From Syntrophomonadaceae bacterium (GTDB lineage: Bacteria > Bacillota > PH28-bin88), in NCBI GenBank assembly GCA_018333865.1, contig JAGXSE010000009.1, forward strand, positions 75,460-139,459: a DNA stretch of 64,000 nt. Direction: 5' to 3'. A program made the position numbers and the translations under genes. Positions 28,425-37,879 of this stretch are shown one piece after another (within the stretch, counting starts at the first letter, position 1; each line of letters starts with the position of its first letter). The notes beneath the pieces were generated by a model. The model did no database searches, was not told where the DNA came from, and saw nothing but the letters and a program-made list of their open reading frames with translations.

Positions 28425-29603
28425 GTGGAGGAATTTTACCAGGAATTAGCCCGGGATTTAAGAGAACTGCAGGATAAAAATTTGTTCAGGGGATTAAGAA
28501 CCGTTTCCGGGCCCCCTGCCGAATGGGTGGAGATAGCTGGTAAAAGACTGCTCAACTTGAGCAGTAATAACTACCTGGGCCTTGCCGGCCATCCGCTCCT
28601 GAAAAAAGGCGCATTGGAGGCTGTGGAAAGGCTTGGTTGCGGGGCTACTGCTTCCAGGCTGATCGTAGGCAACTTTGACCTCTATGAAGAGGCAGAAAAA
28701 GAGCTGGCTGATTTCAAAAACACGGAAGCGGCCCTGATCTTCAATTCCGGCTATACCGCAAATGTAGGCATCATCACCTCACTGGTAACAAAGGGTGACT
28801 TGGTCCTCAGCGATAAACTTAACCATGCCAGCATCATCGACGGCATCTTGCTTAGCAAGGCAGACTATATCCGCTATCAGCACCGGGACCTGGCCAGCTT
28901 AGAGAAGGCCTTGGACCAGGCAAAAGGGTATCGACGGAAACTAATTGTTACCGATACTGTATTCAGTATGGATGGTGGCTTCGCTCCCTTACCAGAAATA
29001 GTAGCATTAAAGGAACACTACGGCGCTATCCTGATGATTGATGAAGCCCACGGTGGCGGCATTTTCGGCGACCATGGCCGGGGTGTAGCTGAGTTCTATG
29101 ATGTTGCCAAAAAGGTTGAGGTTAACATGGGCACTTTAAGCAAAGCCTTTGGCTGTGCCGGTGCTTATGTGGCAGGCAAAAAAATCCTCATCGATTATTT
29201 GCTGAATAAGGCCCGGAGCCTGATCTTCACTACCGGGCTGCCTCCCGCGGTAGTAGGCAGTATCCTGGCTGCCCTGCAAGTGGTGAAGACGGAGAAATGG
29301 CGCCGGGAACAGGTTTTGTTTAAGGCAGCCTGGATGCGGGAGCGATTGCAGGCAGCCGGTTTTAATCTCTTGAATGGGCAAAGTCAAATTATTCCTGTGA
29401 TTATTGGCGATAACGAGACTACCCTGGAATTCAGCCGCCGTCTGATGGCCGCCAATATTCTGGCAGTGGCAATCAGGCCGCCCACGGTCCCGGCTAATTC
29501 GGCCAGGCTCCGGTTAACGGTCATGGCTACCCATCGGGAAGAAGATTTGGAGATGGCAGTGGCAGCAGTAATCAAAATTGGGCAGGAGTTACAGGTAATC
29601 TAA
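28425..29603 (+). CDS. bioF: 8-amino-7-oxononanoate synthase (GTG start)
   Basis: PLP alpha-oxoamine synthase family, 392 aa. Confidence 0.85.
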   Translation: MEEFYQELARDLRELQDKNLFRGLRTVSGPPAEWVEIAGKRLLNLSSNNYLGLAGHPLLKKGALEAVERLGCGATASRLIVGNFDLYEEAEKELADFKNTEAALIFNSGYTANVGIITSLVTKGDLVLSDKLNHASIIDGILLSKADYIRYQHRDLASLEKALDQAKGYRRKLIVTDTVFSMDGGFAPLPEIVALKEHYGAILMIDEAHGGGIFGDHGRGVAEFYDVAKKVEVNMGTLSKAFGCAGAYVAGKKILIDYLLNKARSLIFTTGLPPAVVGSILAALQVVKTEKWRREQVLFKAAWMRERLQAAGFNLLNGQSQIIPVIIGDNETTLEFSRRLMAANILAVAIRPPTVPANSARLRLTVMATHREEDLEMAVAAVIKIGQELQVI

Positions 29604-29615
29604 GGAGAGCACAGG

Positions 29616-29837
29616 ATGCCTAAGCAAGACTTGATCTTAATTCACGGCTGGGGCAGGGATTTTCTCAGGTCATTAAAAAAGACTGGTGCCGACAGCTACT
29701 TGATGGATAGTTTGGCGAAAACTCAGGGACTTGGTCCGGAAATATTTAAACTAATAAAGGAATATGACTCAAGATTTAGAAGTAATCAGGGAGTTTACGC
29801 CAGTTATCATTGCTTGTATGGGTACGGCAGAAAATAA
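29616..29837 (+). pseudogene. alpha/beta-hydrolase N-terminal remnant (…LILIHGWG…), possibly BioH-like
   Basis: 73-aa ORF only, just downstream of bioF. Confidence 0.3.
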
Positions 29838-29907
29838 TGGATTAAATAGCAATACAAAACAGTCTGGGCTGTCTATGATTAAACCTGGAAAGTGGGGTTT
29901 TTCCGCT

Positions 29908-30777
29908 ATGACCAAGGATGGGTTTGCCGGAAGGGTGGTTGACGGGAAACTGGTTTTGGAAAAAGAGACCCTGGTGCCATGCCGGGATTTTGGTGTCCTC
30001 TATGGATACGGCTTGTTTGAGACCCTCAGGGTGTACCCGGAGGGGCACATCTTTGACCTGCAAAGACACCTGGAACGCCTCTTTGCTTCCTGTGCTGATC
30101 TAAAAATAGAACCAGGACTAAGCCTGGAAGAGTTGGCCGGTGCCGTGGGGGAATATGTGGCTCAAGCCGGGCTTAAAGAAGGGGCTTTACGGCTTACCGT
30201 CACCAAGGGTGACGCCAGCCGGGGTGTTCCTCCGGCCATCTTCTTTTCTTCCCGGCCAACAACCTACTCTCCCCTCAATTATGAAGAGGGTTTCACGGCC
30301 GTAATTTCTCCGGTGCGAAAAAACCAAGCCTCACCACTTGTTTACCACAAGACATTAAATTACCTGGATAACCTGCTGGCCCTGGAGGAGGCCCGCCAGG
30401 CAGGGGCCCAGGAAGCCCTGTTTTTAAACCATAAACTCCAGCTGACAGAAGGCACGATCAGCAACCTCTTTTTTGTAACGAATGGGATCCTCCACACGCC
30501 CGCTGTTGCCTGCGGTTTGCTGGCAGGTATTACGCGGCAAAGGGTCATCGACCTGGCCGCTGCTCTCGGTTATCATGTAATGGCAGGGGAATACGTTTTG
30601 ACAGACCTCTTAGCTGCCAACGAGGCCTTTTTGACCAATTCCTTAATGGAAGTGATGCCCCTCTGTCGAGTGAACGCCACCCCTATCAAAAACGGCAAAC
30701 CAGGATCAGTGACCAGAGAGCTGCTGTGGCACTACAAAACTCTGACGGGAACAACTCCTGCCGACAGCCAAGGGTAG
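29908..30777 (+). CDS. pabC: Class IV aminotransferase-fold protein, likely aminodeoxychorismate lyase
   Basis: Class IV PLP fold (…FGVLYGYGLFETLRVY…). The start is uncertain; the track ORF begins at 29764. Confidence 0.55.
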   Translation: MTKDGFAGRVVDGKLVLEKETLVPCRDFGVLYGYGLFETLRVYPEGHIFDLQRHLERLFASCADLKIEPGLSLEELAGAVGEYVAQAGLKEGALRLTVTKGDASRGVPPAIFFSSRPTTYSPLNYEEGFTAVISPVRKNQASPLVYHKTLNYLDNLLALEEARQAGAQEALFLNHKLQLTEGTISNLFFVTNGILHTPAVACGLLAGITRQRVIDLAAALGYHVMAGEYVLTDLLAANEAFLTNSLMEVMPLCRVNATPIKNGKPGSVTRELLWHYKTLTGTTPADSQG

Positions 30778-30803
30778 TCAGCCCCGGCACCTGCTCATGC
30801 GCT

Positions 30804-31364
30804 TCAAGCTTTGATCAGGGACAGGGCTTCGGCCCGCAGGGCCTCGTCATCGTGCAAAACACCCCGGACAGCGGAAGTAATGGTATAGGAACCGGGCTTG
30901 TTCACACCGCGCATGGTCATACACATATGCTCCGCCTCTACCACTACGATTACTCCCAAAGCCTTGGCATGCTCCATCACCGCATCGGCAATCTGCTTGG
31001 TTAAACGCTCCTGCAGCTGCGGCCGCTTGGCTAAGGTTTCGATCCCCCGGGCCAGTTTGCTTAACCCCACTACCTTGCCCTTGCGGGGAATATAACCCAC
31101 ATGTATCTTGCCAAAAAAGGGCAACAGGTGATGCTCGCACATGGAATAAAAGGAAATATTCCTGATCAAGACCAGCTCTTCATGTTCTTCCGCATACAAA
31201 ACGGTAAAGTCATCGGCAGGGTCTCGTTCCAGCCCGCCTAATACCTCCTGATACATCCTGGCAACTCTTTTCGGAGTATCTACCAGCCCTTCCCGGGCCG
31301 GATTTTCGCCGATTGCTTCTAAAATCATGGTTACTGCTTGTTCTATCTTCTGATGATCAAACAT
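30804..31364 (-). CDS. folE: GTP cyclohydrolase I
   Basis: …CEHHLLPF… with full-length similarity. Confidence 0.9.
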   Translation of the reverse strand: MFDHQKIEQAVTMILEAIGENPAREGLVDTPKRVARMYQEVLGGLERDPADDFTVLYAEEHEELVLIRNISFYSMCEHHLLPFFGKIHVGYIPRKGKVVGLSKLARGIETLAKRPQLQERLTKQIADAVMEHAKALGVIVVVEAEHMCMTMRGVNKPGSYTITSAVRGVLHDDEALRAEALSLIKA

Positions 31365-31893
31365 TTTGCTTTTTCCTTTCTGATTGGGGACATTCCATTA
31401 ATTGGGGACATTCCTTATACCACTCCACTTTTTCTCCTTGCCCTAACTCAGCCAAGATGTCCCGGGCAGTTTTGCCGCGAAAAATTGGCTCCTCACCGGC
31501 GATCTCTGCTAACGGCACCAGGACAAAGGCTCTTTGGAAACCCCTGGGGTGGGGGACTACCAATTCCGGTAGGCTTATTTCTTCTTCACCATAGAGCAGA
31601 AGATCAATATCAATGGTGCGGGGCCCCCAGCGCACTGTCCGCTCCCGCATCAGATCGGCTTCCATCTTTTTCAGCTCTTGCAGCAATTCCAATGGCCCAA
31701 GATCAGTGTCACAGGAGACGACAGCATTTAAAAACCAGTCCTGCTCCTTGTAGCCCACCGGCTCGGTCAGGTAAAGGGAAGACGCCTTTTTAAATGTTAT
31801 GCGGCTATGGTTTCTCAAGAGATGAACCGCCTGGCGGATGTGTTCCTCCTTCGGTTCAATATTGGAACCAAGCCCCAGATAGACAGTGGTCAT
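31357..31893 (-). CDS. folK: Hydroxymethyldihydropteridine pyrophosphokinase
   Basis: [11 protein letters not shown]… matches HPPK. Confidence 0.85.
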   Translation of the reverse strand: MTTVYLGLGSNIEPKEEHIRQAVHLLRNHSRITFKKASSLYLTEPVGYKEQDWFLNAVVSCDTDLGPLELLQELKKMEADLMRERTVRWGPRTIDIDLLLYGEEEISLPELVVPHPRGFQRAFVLVPLAEIAGEEPIFRGKTARDILAELGQGEKVEWYKECPQLMECPQSERKKQNV

Positions 31894-32270
31894 CCTGCCC
31901 GCCTCCTGGTTACTTCTACCGTCACCCCGGCTAACACCCCGGGGATGGGAGCCTCCGGTTTAGCTACAGTAATAGTTGTTTGGTCAATTTGGGGGAAACC
32001 CTGCAATACCGCGCCGGCGATCCTTTCAGCCAGGGTTTCGATCAGGTTGCAGCGCTTGCCTTCAACCAGTCCCTTCACGATCCGGTAGATTTCCGTATAA
32101 TCAATCCCCGCCTGAATGCTATCGGCGGCAGTGGCCTGCTTAAGGTCTAGCCACACCGCGGCATCAACCAGAAACCGCTGGCCCAGGGACTTCTCCTCCG
32201 GCAGCACCCCGTGGTAGCCGTAAAAAGCCATGCCTTTTAAAGTTATCTTGTCCATCATGTCTTCCTCCAT
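31890..32270 (-). CDS. folB: Dihydroneopterin aldolase
   Basis: 126 aa FolB fold. Confidence 0.8.
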   Translation of the reverse strand: MEEDMMDKITLKGMAFYGYHGVLPEEKSLGQRFLVDAAVWLDLKQATAADSIQAGIDYTEIYRIVKGLVEGKRCNLIETLAERIAGAVLQGFPQIDQTTITVAKPEAPIPGVLAGVTVEVTRRRAG

Positions 32271-33100
32271 CTGACGATAGCGTCGGTCATCCGGACCACC
32301 CGTTTCATGGCCTTGACATCATGCACCCGCACCAGGTCGGCGCCACCAGCGATGCTTAAGGCCACCGTGGCAGCAGTGCCTTCCAGCCTTTCCGCCGGCG
32401 GCAGGTCCAAGACCTTGCCGATGAAAGATTTCCTGGACGTGCCGGTTAAAATGGGTTGTCCCAGGGCTTTAAATTCCGCCAAGCGGTGCAGTATTTCCAG
32501 GCTATGACTGGCCGTCTTGCCAAATCCGATGCCGGGGTCAACGATTACCTTTTCCTTTTGCACCCCGGCTTGAAGGGCCATTTCTATCGAGCCCTGCAGG
32601 TATGCCATTACTTCCCCCACGACGTCGTCATAAACCGGGTTTTCCTGCATGTTCTTGGGGGTGCCTTTAATATGCATCACTACCACCGGGCAGCCGAATT
32701 CCGCCACAACTTCCGCCATTTGGGGGTCTGCCCTAAGCCCGCTGATGTCGTTGATGATTGTGGCTTTCCGCTTCAGGGCCTGCCTGGCCACCTCACTTTT
32801 GTAGGTATCAACGGAAATGGGGACGTTAACTTCCGTTACCAAGCGTTCCAGGACGGGGATAACCCGGGCAATTTCTTCTGCCAGCGGGACCGGGTCGGCA
32901 TAGGGCCGGGTGGACTCACCGCCGATATCAATAATATCGGCTCCTTCCGCGACCATTTCCTTGGCCCTTGCCACCGCCCGGTCCAGGCCCAGGTACAGGC
33001 CGCCGTCGGAAAATGAATCTGAGGTGATGTTAAGAATGCCCATGACATAGGTTTTCCAGCCAAACTCCAGGCTATAGCCGTTGTAGCAGATGCTTTTCAC
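32255..33100 (-). CDS. folP: Dihydropteroate synthase
   Basis: Pterin-binding TIM barrel. It overlaps the 3' end of gltX. Confidence 0.9.
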   Translation of the reverse strand: MKSICYNGYSLEFGWKTYVMGILNITSDSFSDGGLYLGLDRAVARAKEMVAEGADIIDIGGESTRPYADPVPLAEEIARVIPVLERLVTEVNVPISVDTYKSEVARQALKRKATIINDISGLRADPQMAEVVAEFGCPVVVMHIKGTPKNMQENPVYDDVVGEVMAYLQGSIEMALQAGVQKEKVIVDPGIGFGKTASHSLEILHRLAEFKALGQPILTGTSRKSFIGKVLDLPPAERLEGTAATVALSIAGGADLVRVHDVKAMKRVVRMTDAIVRWRKT

Positions 33101-34590
33101 GGGGCCGTCCCCTCCAAATCAGCCAGCCGGCTCAATACTCGTTCCCTTCCAATCACCGGGATAATGTCATGGAGTTCCGGGCCATGGATTTGCCCGGTAA
33201 TGGCAGCCCGGAGGGGCTGAAACACCTGCCGCCCGCCCAGTTTCAACTCTTTCGTGATGGATTTTAACATGCTTTTTACCGCTTGAGGCTCCAATTCTGC
33301 GATTTCATCCAGCTTCAGCCTAAATAATTTTATAACTTGAGGCACCTGCTCTTCCCCCAGGACCTCCCTGGCTTCGTTACTCAGTTCCACCCTGGCGGCG
33401 AAAAACAGGGGGCCGAATTGGGTAACCTGGGCCAGGTGGGTAAGATACGGACGCACAGCCAAAAACAGTTTTTCGGCCAGTTCCCGGTTTGCCGCCGCAG
33501 GATTAGCCGGGAGGTAGCCCGCTGACTGCAAATAGCCCATACCCAGTTCCGCCAGGCGTTCAACCGGGGTTTGCCTGATATAATAACCGCTGATCCAATC
33601 CAGCTTGTCCAGGTCAAAAACCGCCGGGTTTTTGGCAACCCGGTCCAGGGAGAAGGCCTGTACCAGCTCTGGCAGAGAAAAGATCTCCTGTTCCCCTTCC
33701 GGAGCCCACCCCAAGAGGGCTAAAAAGTTGACCAGAGCTTCCGGCAGATAGCCCATCTCCCGGTACTGCTGAACAGAGGTAGCCCCGTGGCGCTTGGACA
33801 TTTTGCTGCGGTCCTGGCCCAGGATAAGGGAAATATGGGCAAACTGCGGCAAGGTGGCTCCTAAGGCCTGGTAAACAAGGATCTGGCGCGGGGTGTTCGG
33901 GAGGTGTTCCTCCGCCCGGAGGACATGGGTAATATCCATGCTCAGGTCATCGATCACTACCGCAAAATTATAGGTGGGGATGCCGTCCGACTTCACAATC
34001 ACAAAATCGCCGATCCCGTCGCTGTCAAAAGATACCTGGCCCCGCACCAGGTCGTCCACAACCAGGGTTTGTCCCGCTGGTACCCGAAACCTTACCACAG
34101 GTTCACGGCCAAGGGCCCGCTGCTCTTTCTCCTCCTCCGGGGAAAGGCTCTTGCACTTGCCCAGGTACCGGGGCAACTCGCCTTTGGCTAAAAGCTCCTG
34201 CCGCTCCCGCTCCAACTCCTCCTCGGAACAATAACAATTATAGCAGTGGCCGGTTTGCCGCAACCTGGCCACGGCAGCATGGTAAGACTTGAGCCGCTCG
34301 GTTTGCCGGTAAGGGGCATAGGGACCCCCCGCATCCGGTCCTTCATCCCACTCGATACCCAGCCAGCGCAAGGAATCCATGATATTTTCCTCCGCGGCCC
34401 TACTGGACCGCTCCAAGTCGGTGTCCTCGATGCGCAAAACAAACTGGCCCCCCAGTTTTCTGGCAAACAAATAATTAAATAAAGCCGATCTGGCTCCCCC
34501 AATATGCAAAGGCCCTGTCGGGCTGGGGGCAAAGCGAACCCGCACCTTTTCCACAATTCCCCATCCCATCTTTAGATTTCTGGCAAACAC
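33097..34590 (-). CDS. gltX: Glutamate--tRNA ligase (start codon uncertain)
   Basis: HIGGARSALFNY (HIGH) and KMSKRHG (KMSKS). Confidence 0.9.
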   Translation of the reverse strand: MFARNLKMGWGIVEKVRVRFAPSPTGPLHIGGARSALFNYLFARKLGGQFVLRIEDTDLERSSRAAEENIMDSLRWLGIEWDEGPDAGGPYAPYRQTERLKSYHAAVARLRQTGHCYNCYCSEEELERERQELLAKGELPRYLGKCKSLSPEEEKEQRALGREPVVRFRVPAGQTLVVDDLVRGQVSFDSDGIGDFVIVKSDGIPTYNFAVVIDDLSMDITHVLRAEEHLPNTPRQILVYQALGATLPQFAHISLILGQDRSKMSKRHGATSVQQYREMGYLPEALVNFLALLGWAPEGEQEIFSLPELVQAFSLDRVAKNPAVFDLDKLDWISGYYIRQTPVERLAELGMGYLQSAGYLPANPAAANRELAEKLFLAVRPYLTHLAQVTQFGPLFFAARVELSNEAREVLGEEQVPQVIKLFRLKLDEIAELEPQAVKSMLKSITKELKLGGRQVFQPLRAAITGQIHGPELHDIIPVIGRERVLSRLADLEGTAP

Positions 34591-34694
34591 TCGCGAATGC
34601 TAATGCTTAGGCCATGTGGTATTATATCATACGGCCGACGGTTTGCTCAAGGTTATGCTGCTGCAAGGCAGACCCCCACGCCGCCTGTCCTTCT

Positions 34695-36074
34695 TTAATT
34701 ATTGTTGGATTTCTCCTGCCTGGCTTCGTCCTGATCGGCCTCGTCCTGGTCAGTTTCGTCCCGTTTGGATTCATCCTGGCCGGCTTTTTCCTGCCCGGTT
34801 TGCTCTCCATCGCCAGAATCCTGGGCTTTTTCGCCTGCTTTATTATCTAATAGCGGTACATCCCCATCCGGTTTGTATTTTTCTTCAACTTCTTCTCCCG
34901 GCCTTTCCCTATTGCTGTTAATCCCGCTCCGCTCCTCCCTGTCTTCGGGCTTTGCCTCCTCACTGGCAGGCTTACCTGTATCTGTGCTGACAGAACCCTC
35001 CTCGTCTTCGGGCTTAACTTCATCGTCATCAGCAGGCTCTTTGTAGTTTGTTTTCTCTTCCTCGCCCTGTCGATCGGTCTTTTCAAAGCCCTGGCCGGTT
35101 TTTAACATGCTGCGTATTCCGGCAATGGCACTGTCCGGGTTAGCCCCGTCGTCGACAATGTCTAACAGCCTTGTCAGCGCAGCTTCCAATCCTACGCTTC
35201 CCACTCCTGCGGCAACTAACTCCTTAATTAAGTTAATGGCCTCTTTTTCGGGGATACCAGCATCCAACAGATCAGGAAATAAATCTGCGATGGCGGCAAA
35301 CTGGCCGGCAAAGGCATCTTTTTCGATTTTCAACTCTGCTCCCGTTTTAAACAGCAGAGTAAGTATTTCGGGGGAGATCCCAGCGTCGAGCAGCCGGACA
35401 TAGCGCGAAGGCATCAGCCCGGCCTGCTCGGCAGCTCCAAATGTTTGGGCGTCCATCACGAACCGGTTTGCTGCGATCTCAATATTCAGCTCAAGCAACC
35501 GCCGGCTCACAGCCGAGTGCAGCGGATCCAGGGCAGCTGTCAGATTTTCCTGTTTTACGGCCGCAACAGGAGACATGACCAGGAGCACTCTCCTGCCGGG
35601 AGTGAGGATACCCTGATCATAAAACCTGTCCACAATCTCGACAACAGCCTGTTCTGCCTTTTTGCTGCGCAGCTTAAGTTGCTGGAATACCTCCCGCGCT
35701 CTGGGGTCCATCGCCTCAAAGCCGATGACCTTATTGTTGGAATCGATTGTCAGCCTGACGGCCGGATTTACCTCCAGCACAAGGTAAGCAAAAGCCTGCG
35801 GAGCCGGTGTAAATGCCTGCCAGGTAACCAACAGCAGTAATAAAGCCACTACCGGCAAAGCATATGCCATCTTGCGGCGCATGCCAAAAAACATGTCAGA
35901 TAATGACCGGAAGACAGGCAGTCTGGCAGGCTGCCTGGATTGGTGGGCATGATCAAGCAGGACACTTTTCAGCCGCTCTTTATGAAAAGGTGTCCGCACC
36001 TCGGGGAATCTTATATTTTCAAGCTCTTCAGCGAGTTGCAACTGTTCATTTGTAACTTTATCCATGGTTTTCAC
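34695..36074 (-). CDS. Anti-sigma factor, single TM helix, with a long acidic low-complexity C-terminal tail
   Basis: It follows the ECF sigma gene. A TM helix lies at ~aa 70-90. The tail is Asp/Glu/Lys-rich. Confidence 0.55.
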   Translation of the reverse strand: MKTMDKVTNEQLQLAEELENIRFPEVRTPFHKERLKSVLLDHAHQSRQPARLPVFRSLSDMFFGMRRKMAYALPVVALLLLLVTWQAFTPAPQAFAYLVLEVNPAVRLTIDSNNKVIGFEAMDPRAREVFQQLKLRSKKAEQAVVEIVDRFYDQGILTPGRRVLLVMSPVAAVKQENLTAALDPLHSAVSRRLLELNIEIAANRFVMDAQTFGAAEQAGLMPSRYVRLLDAGISPEILTLLFKTGAELKIEKDAFAGQFAAIADLFPDLLDAGIPEKEAINLIKELVAAGVGSVGLEAALTRLLDIVDDGANPDSAIAGIRSMLKTGQGFEKTDRQGEEEKTNYKEPADDDEVKPEDEEGSVSTDTGKPASEEAKPEDREERSGINSNRERPGEEVEEKYKPDGDVPLLDNKAGEKAQDSGDGEQTGQEKAGQDESKRDETDQDEADQDEARQEKSNNN

Positions 36075-36098
36075 TCCCCTGCCATTAATACTGTCGCT

Positions 36099-36704
36099 TC
36101 AGCTTAAAAGTTGCATCTTCTTCTCGCTTTGGAATTCTTTTTTCAGCCTTTCAAGCCCCCTGTGCAAAAGTGACTTAATTGTCCCTTCCGGCTTATCAAG
36201 GATCTGCCCGATTTCGGCAATTTGCTTGCCGGCAAAAAACCGCAGTGCTATAACCTCCTGATACTTTTGCGGCAGCAAATCGATTTTTTTGCGCACGGCC
36301 AAAAACTCCTGGCTTCTCAGGATTTCTTCCTGAGCGGCTATCGCTTCCTGTTCCACATCATCCCCTGATATGGGTTCAAAGCCCTCGTCTCTCAGCTTTT
36401 CCAGCGAAACTGATTTATAGCTGCCCTTCCTGAACCAGGCCGCTATCTCATTGGTGGCGATCTTGAACAGCCATGCTGAAAAAGGAACGTTCTGCCATTT
36501 GAATTTGCCGATATCTTTAAGGGCTTTTAAGAAAGTCTCCGCGGTTATGTCCTGCGCAACCTGGATATCGCCCGTTCTGCGCAGCGCATAGTTCAATATG
36601 CTGTCATAGTTTTGTTCATATAGTCTGCCAAAAGCTGCAGGGTCGTGTTTTGCCTGTTCGACCAGCTTTTTTTCATTTTCCAGTCCTGCAGCATCATATT
36701 TCAT
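36099..36704 (-). CDS. ECF-type RNA polymerase sigma-70 factor
   Basis: Sigma regions 2 and 4. I set the start at MKYDAAGLE. Confidence 0.8.
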   Translation of the reverse strand: MKYDAAGLENEKKLVEQAKHDPAAFGRLYEQNYDSILNYALRRTGDIQVAQDITAETFLKALKDIGKFKWQNVPFSAWLFKIATNEIAAWFRKGSYKSVSLEKLRDEGFEPISGDDVEQEAIAAQEEILRSQEFLAVRKKIDLLPQKYQEVIALRFFAGKQIAEIGQILDKPEGTIKSLLHRGLERLKKEFQSEKKMQLLS

Positions 36705-37185
36705 AATTTTCTCCCGCTGTCTCCAGCAGGACCACCGCCTGGGCGGCAATGCCTTCACCCCGGCCGGTAAACCCCAGCTGTTCCGTTGTGGTTGCTTTTA
36801 GCCCCACCGCCGCAAGGTCAATCTCCAGGGCTTTAGCCAGGTTTTGCCTCATTTCCCCCTTATAGTTAGCCAGCTTGGGTCGCTCGGCAATCACCACCAA
36901 ATCTACATTGCCCACCCGGTAGCCCTTAGCCTTGACCAGATCCATCACCCGGGACAGCAACAAGAAGCTGTCAATCCCGGCATACCGGGAATCGTCATCG
37001 GGAAAATGCTGCCCGATATCCCCCAGGGCCAAGGCCCCCAACAGGGCATCCATTAAAGCGTGCACCAGGACATCGGCATCGGAATGACCGGCCAGTCCCA
37101 ATTGATAAGGTATTTTTACTCCCCCCAGGATCAACGGCCGGCCGGGAACCAGCCTGTGCACATCAAAGCCTAAACCTACCCGCAA
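36694..37185 (-). CDS. ispF: 2-C-methyl-D-erythritol 2,4-cyclodiphosphate synthase
   Basis: GHSDADV motif. Confidence 0.9.
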   Translation of the reverse strand: MRVGLGFDVHRLVPGRPLILGGVKIPYQLGLAGHSDADVLVHALMDALLGALALGDIGQHFPDDDSRYAGIDSFLLLSRVMDLVKAKGYRVGNVDLVVIAERPKLANYKGEMRQNLAKALEIDLAAVGLKATTTEQLGFTGRGEGIAAQAVVLLETAGENYEI

Positions 37186-37879
37186 GTTTCTTCCTCCTCT
37201 CCAAAATGGCCTCTGCCAGAGCCAAGTCTTCAGGGGTTGTAATTTTTAAGTTTTCGTAATCCCCCATGACCAGCTTAACCGGCAGGCCGATCCCCTCTAA
37301 CAGAGAGGCCTCATCGGTTACTTCCTCACTGTCTATGTCCATCAGACGGAAGGCCTCCGTTATGACCTTAAGGCGAAACACCTGGGGAGTTTGGGCAGCC
37401 CAGAGGGTCTCCCGCTTGGGAGTGGAAACCACCACACCTCGATCGTCACTGATCTTAATCGTATCTTTTACCGGCACTGCGGCAATCGCACCGCCCCAGA
37501 CCAGGGCCTCTTTGGCTGCGGCCATTAAAAGCTCAGACGTGAAAAGTGGCCGCGCACCGTCATGCACAGCCACCAGTTCCTGTCTTCCCGACAAAGCATC
37601 TAAGCCGTTTTGGACTGAATCCACCCGACGGGCACCGCCCGCTACAATTTTCTTTACTTTGGCATATTTTTCGGGCTGGGCAACAGCCGACTGGTATAAG
37701 TCTTCTTCCCCGGAGGCTACCACCACGACAACTTCTGCAACTTCGGCACACTCTTCCAGGGTATCCAGGGAGTAGGCCAAAACCGGGCGGCCGCATAGCT
37801 TCAGATATACTTTGTTAATCCCTGCCCCCATGCGCTTTCCTGCCCCTGCAGCCACAACCACAACCGCTAAGTTATCCAC
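37163..37879 (-). CDS. ispD: 2-C-methyl-D-erythritol 4-phosphate cytidylyltransferase
   Basis: VVVAAGAGKRMG motif. Confidence 0.85.
   Translation of the reverse strand: MDNLAVVVVAAGAGKRMGAGINKVYLKLCGRPVLAYSLDTLEECAEVAEVVVVVASGEEDLYQSAVAQPEKYAKVKKIVAGGARRVDSVQNGLDALSGRQELVAVHDGARPLFTSELLMAAAKEALVWGGAIAAVPVKDTIKISDDRGVVVSTPKRETLWAAQTPQVFRLKVITEAFRLMDIDSEEVTDEASLLEGIGLPVKLVMGDYENLKITTPEDLALAEAILERRKKLAGRFRL

Noticed and set aside
34614-35086. Plus-strand ORFs 34614..34921 and minus-strand ORF 34847..35086
   Set aside because: They overlap the anti-sigma factor gene in its low-complexity acidic region. These are repetitive-sequence artefacts.
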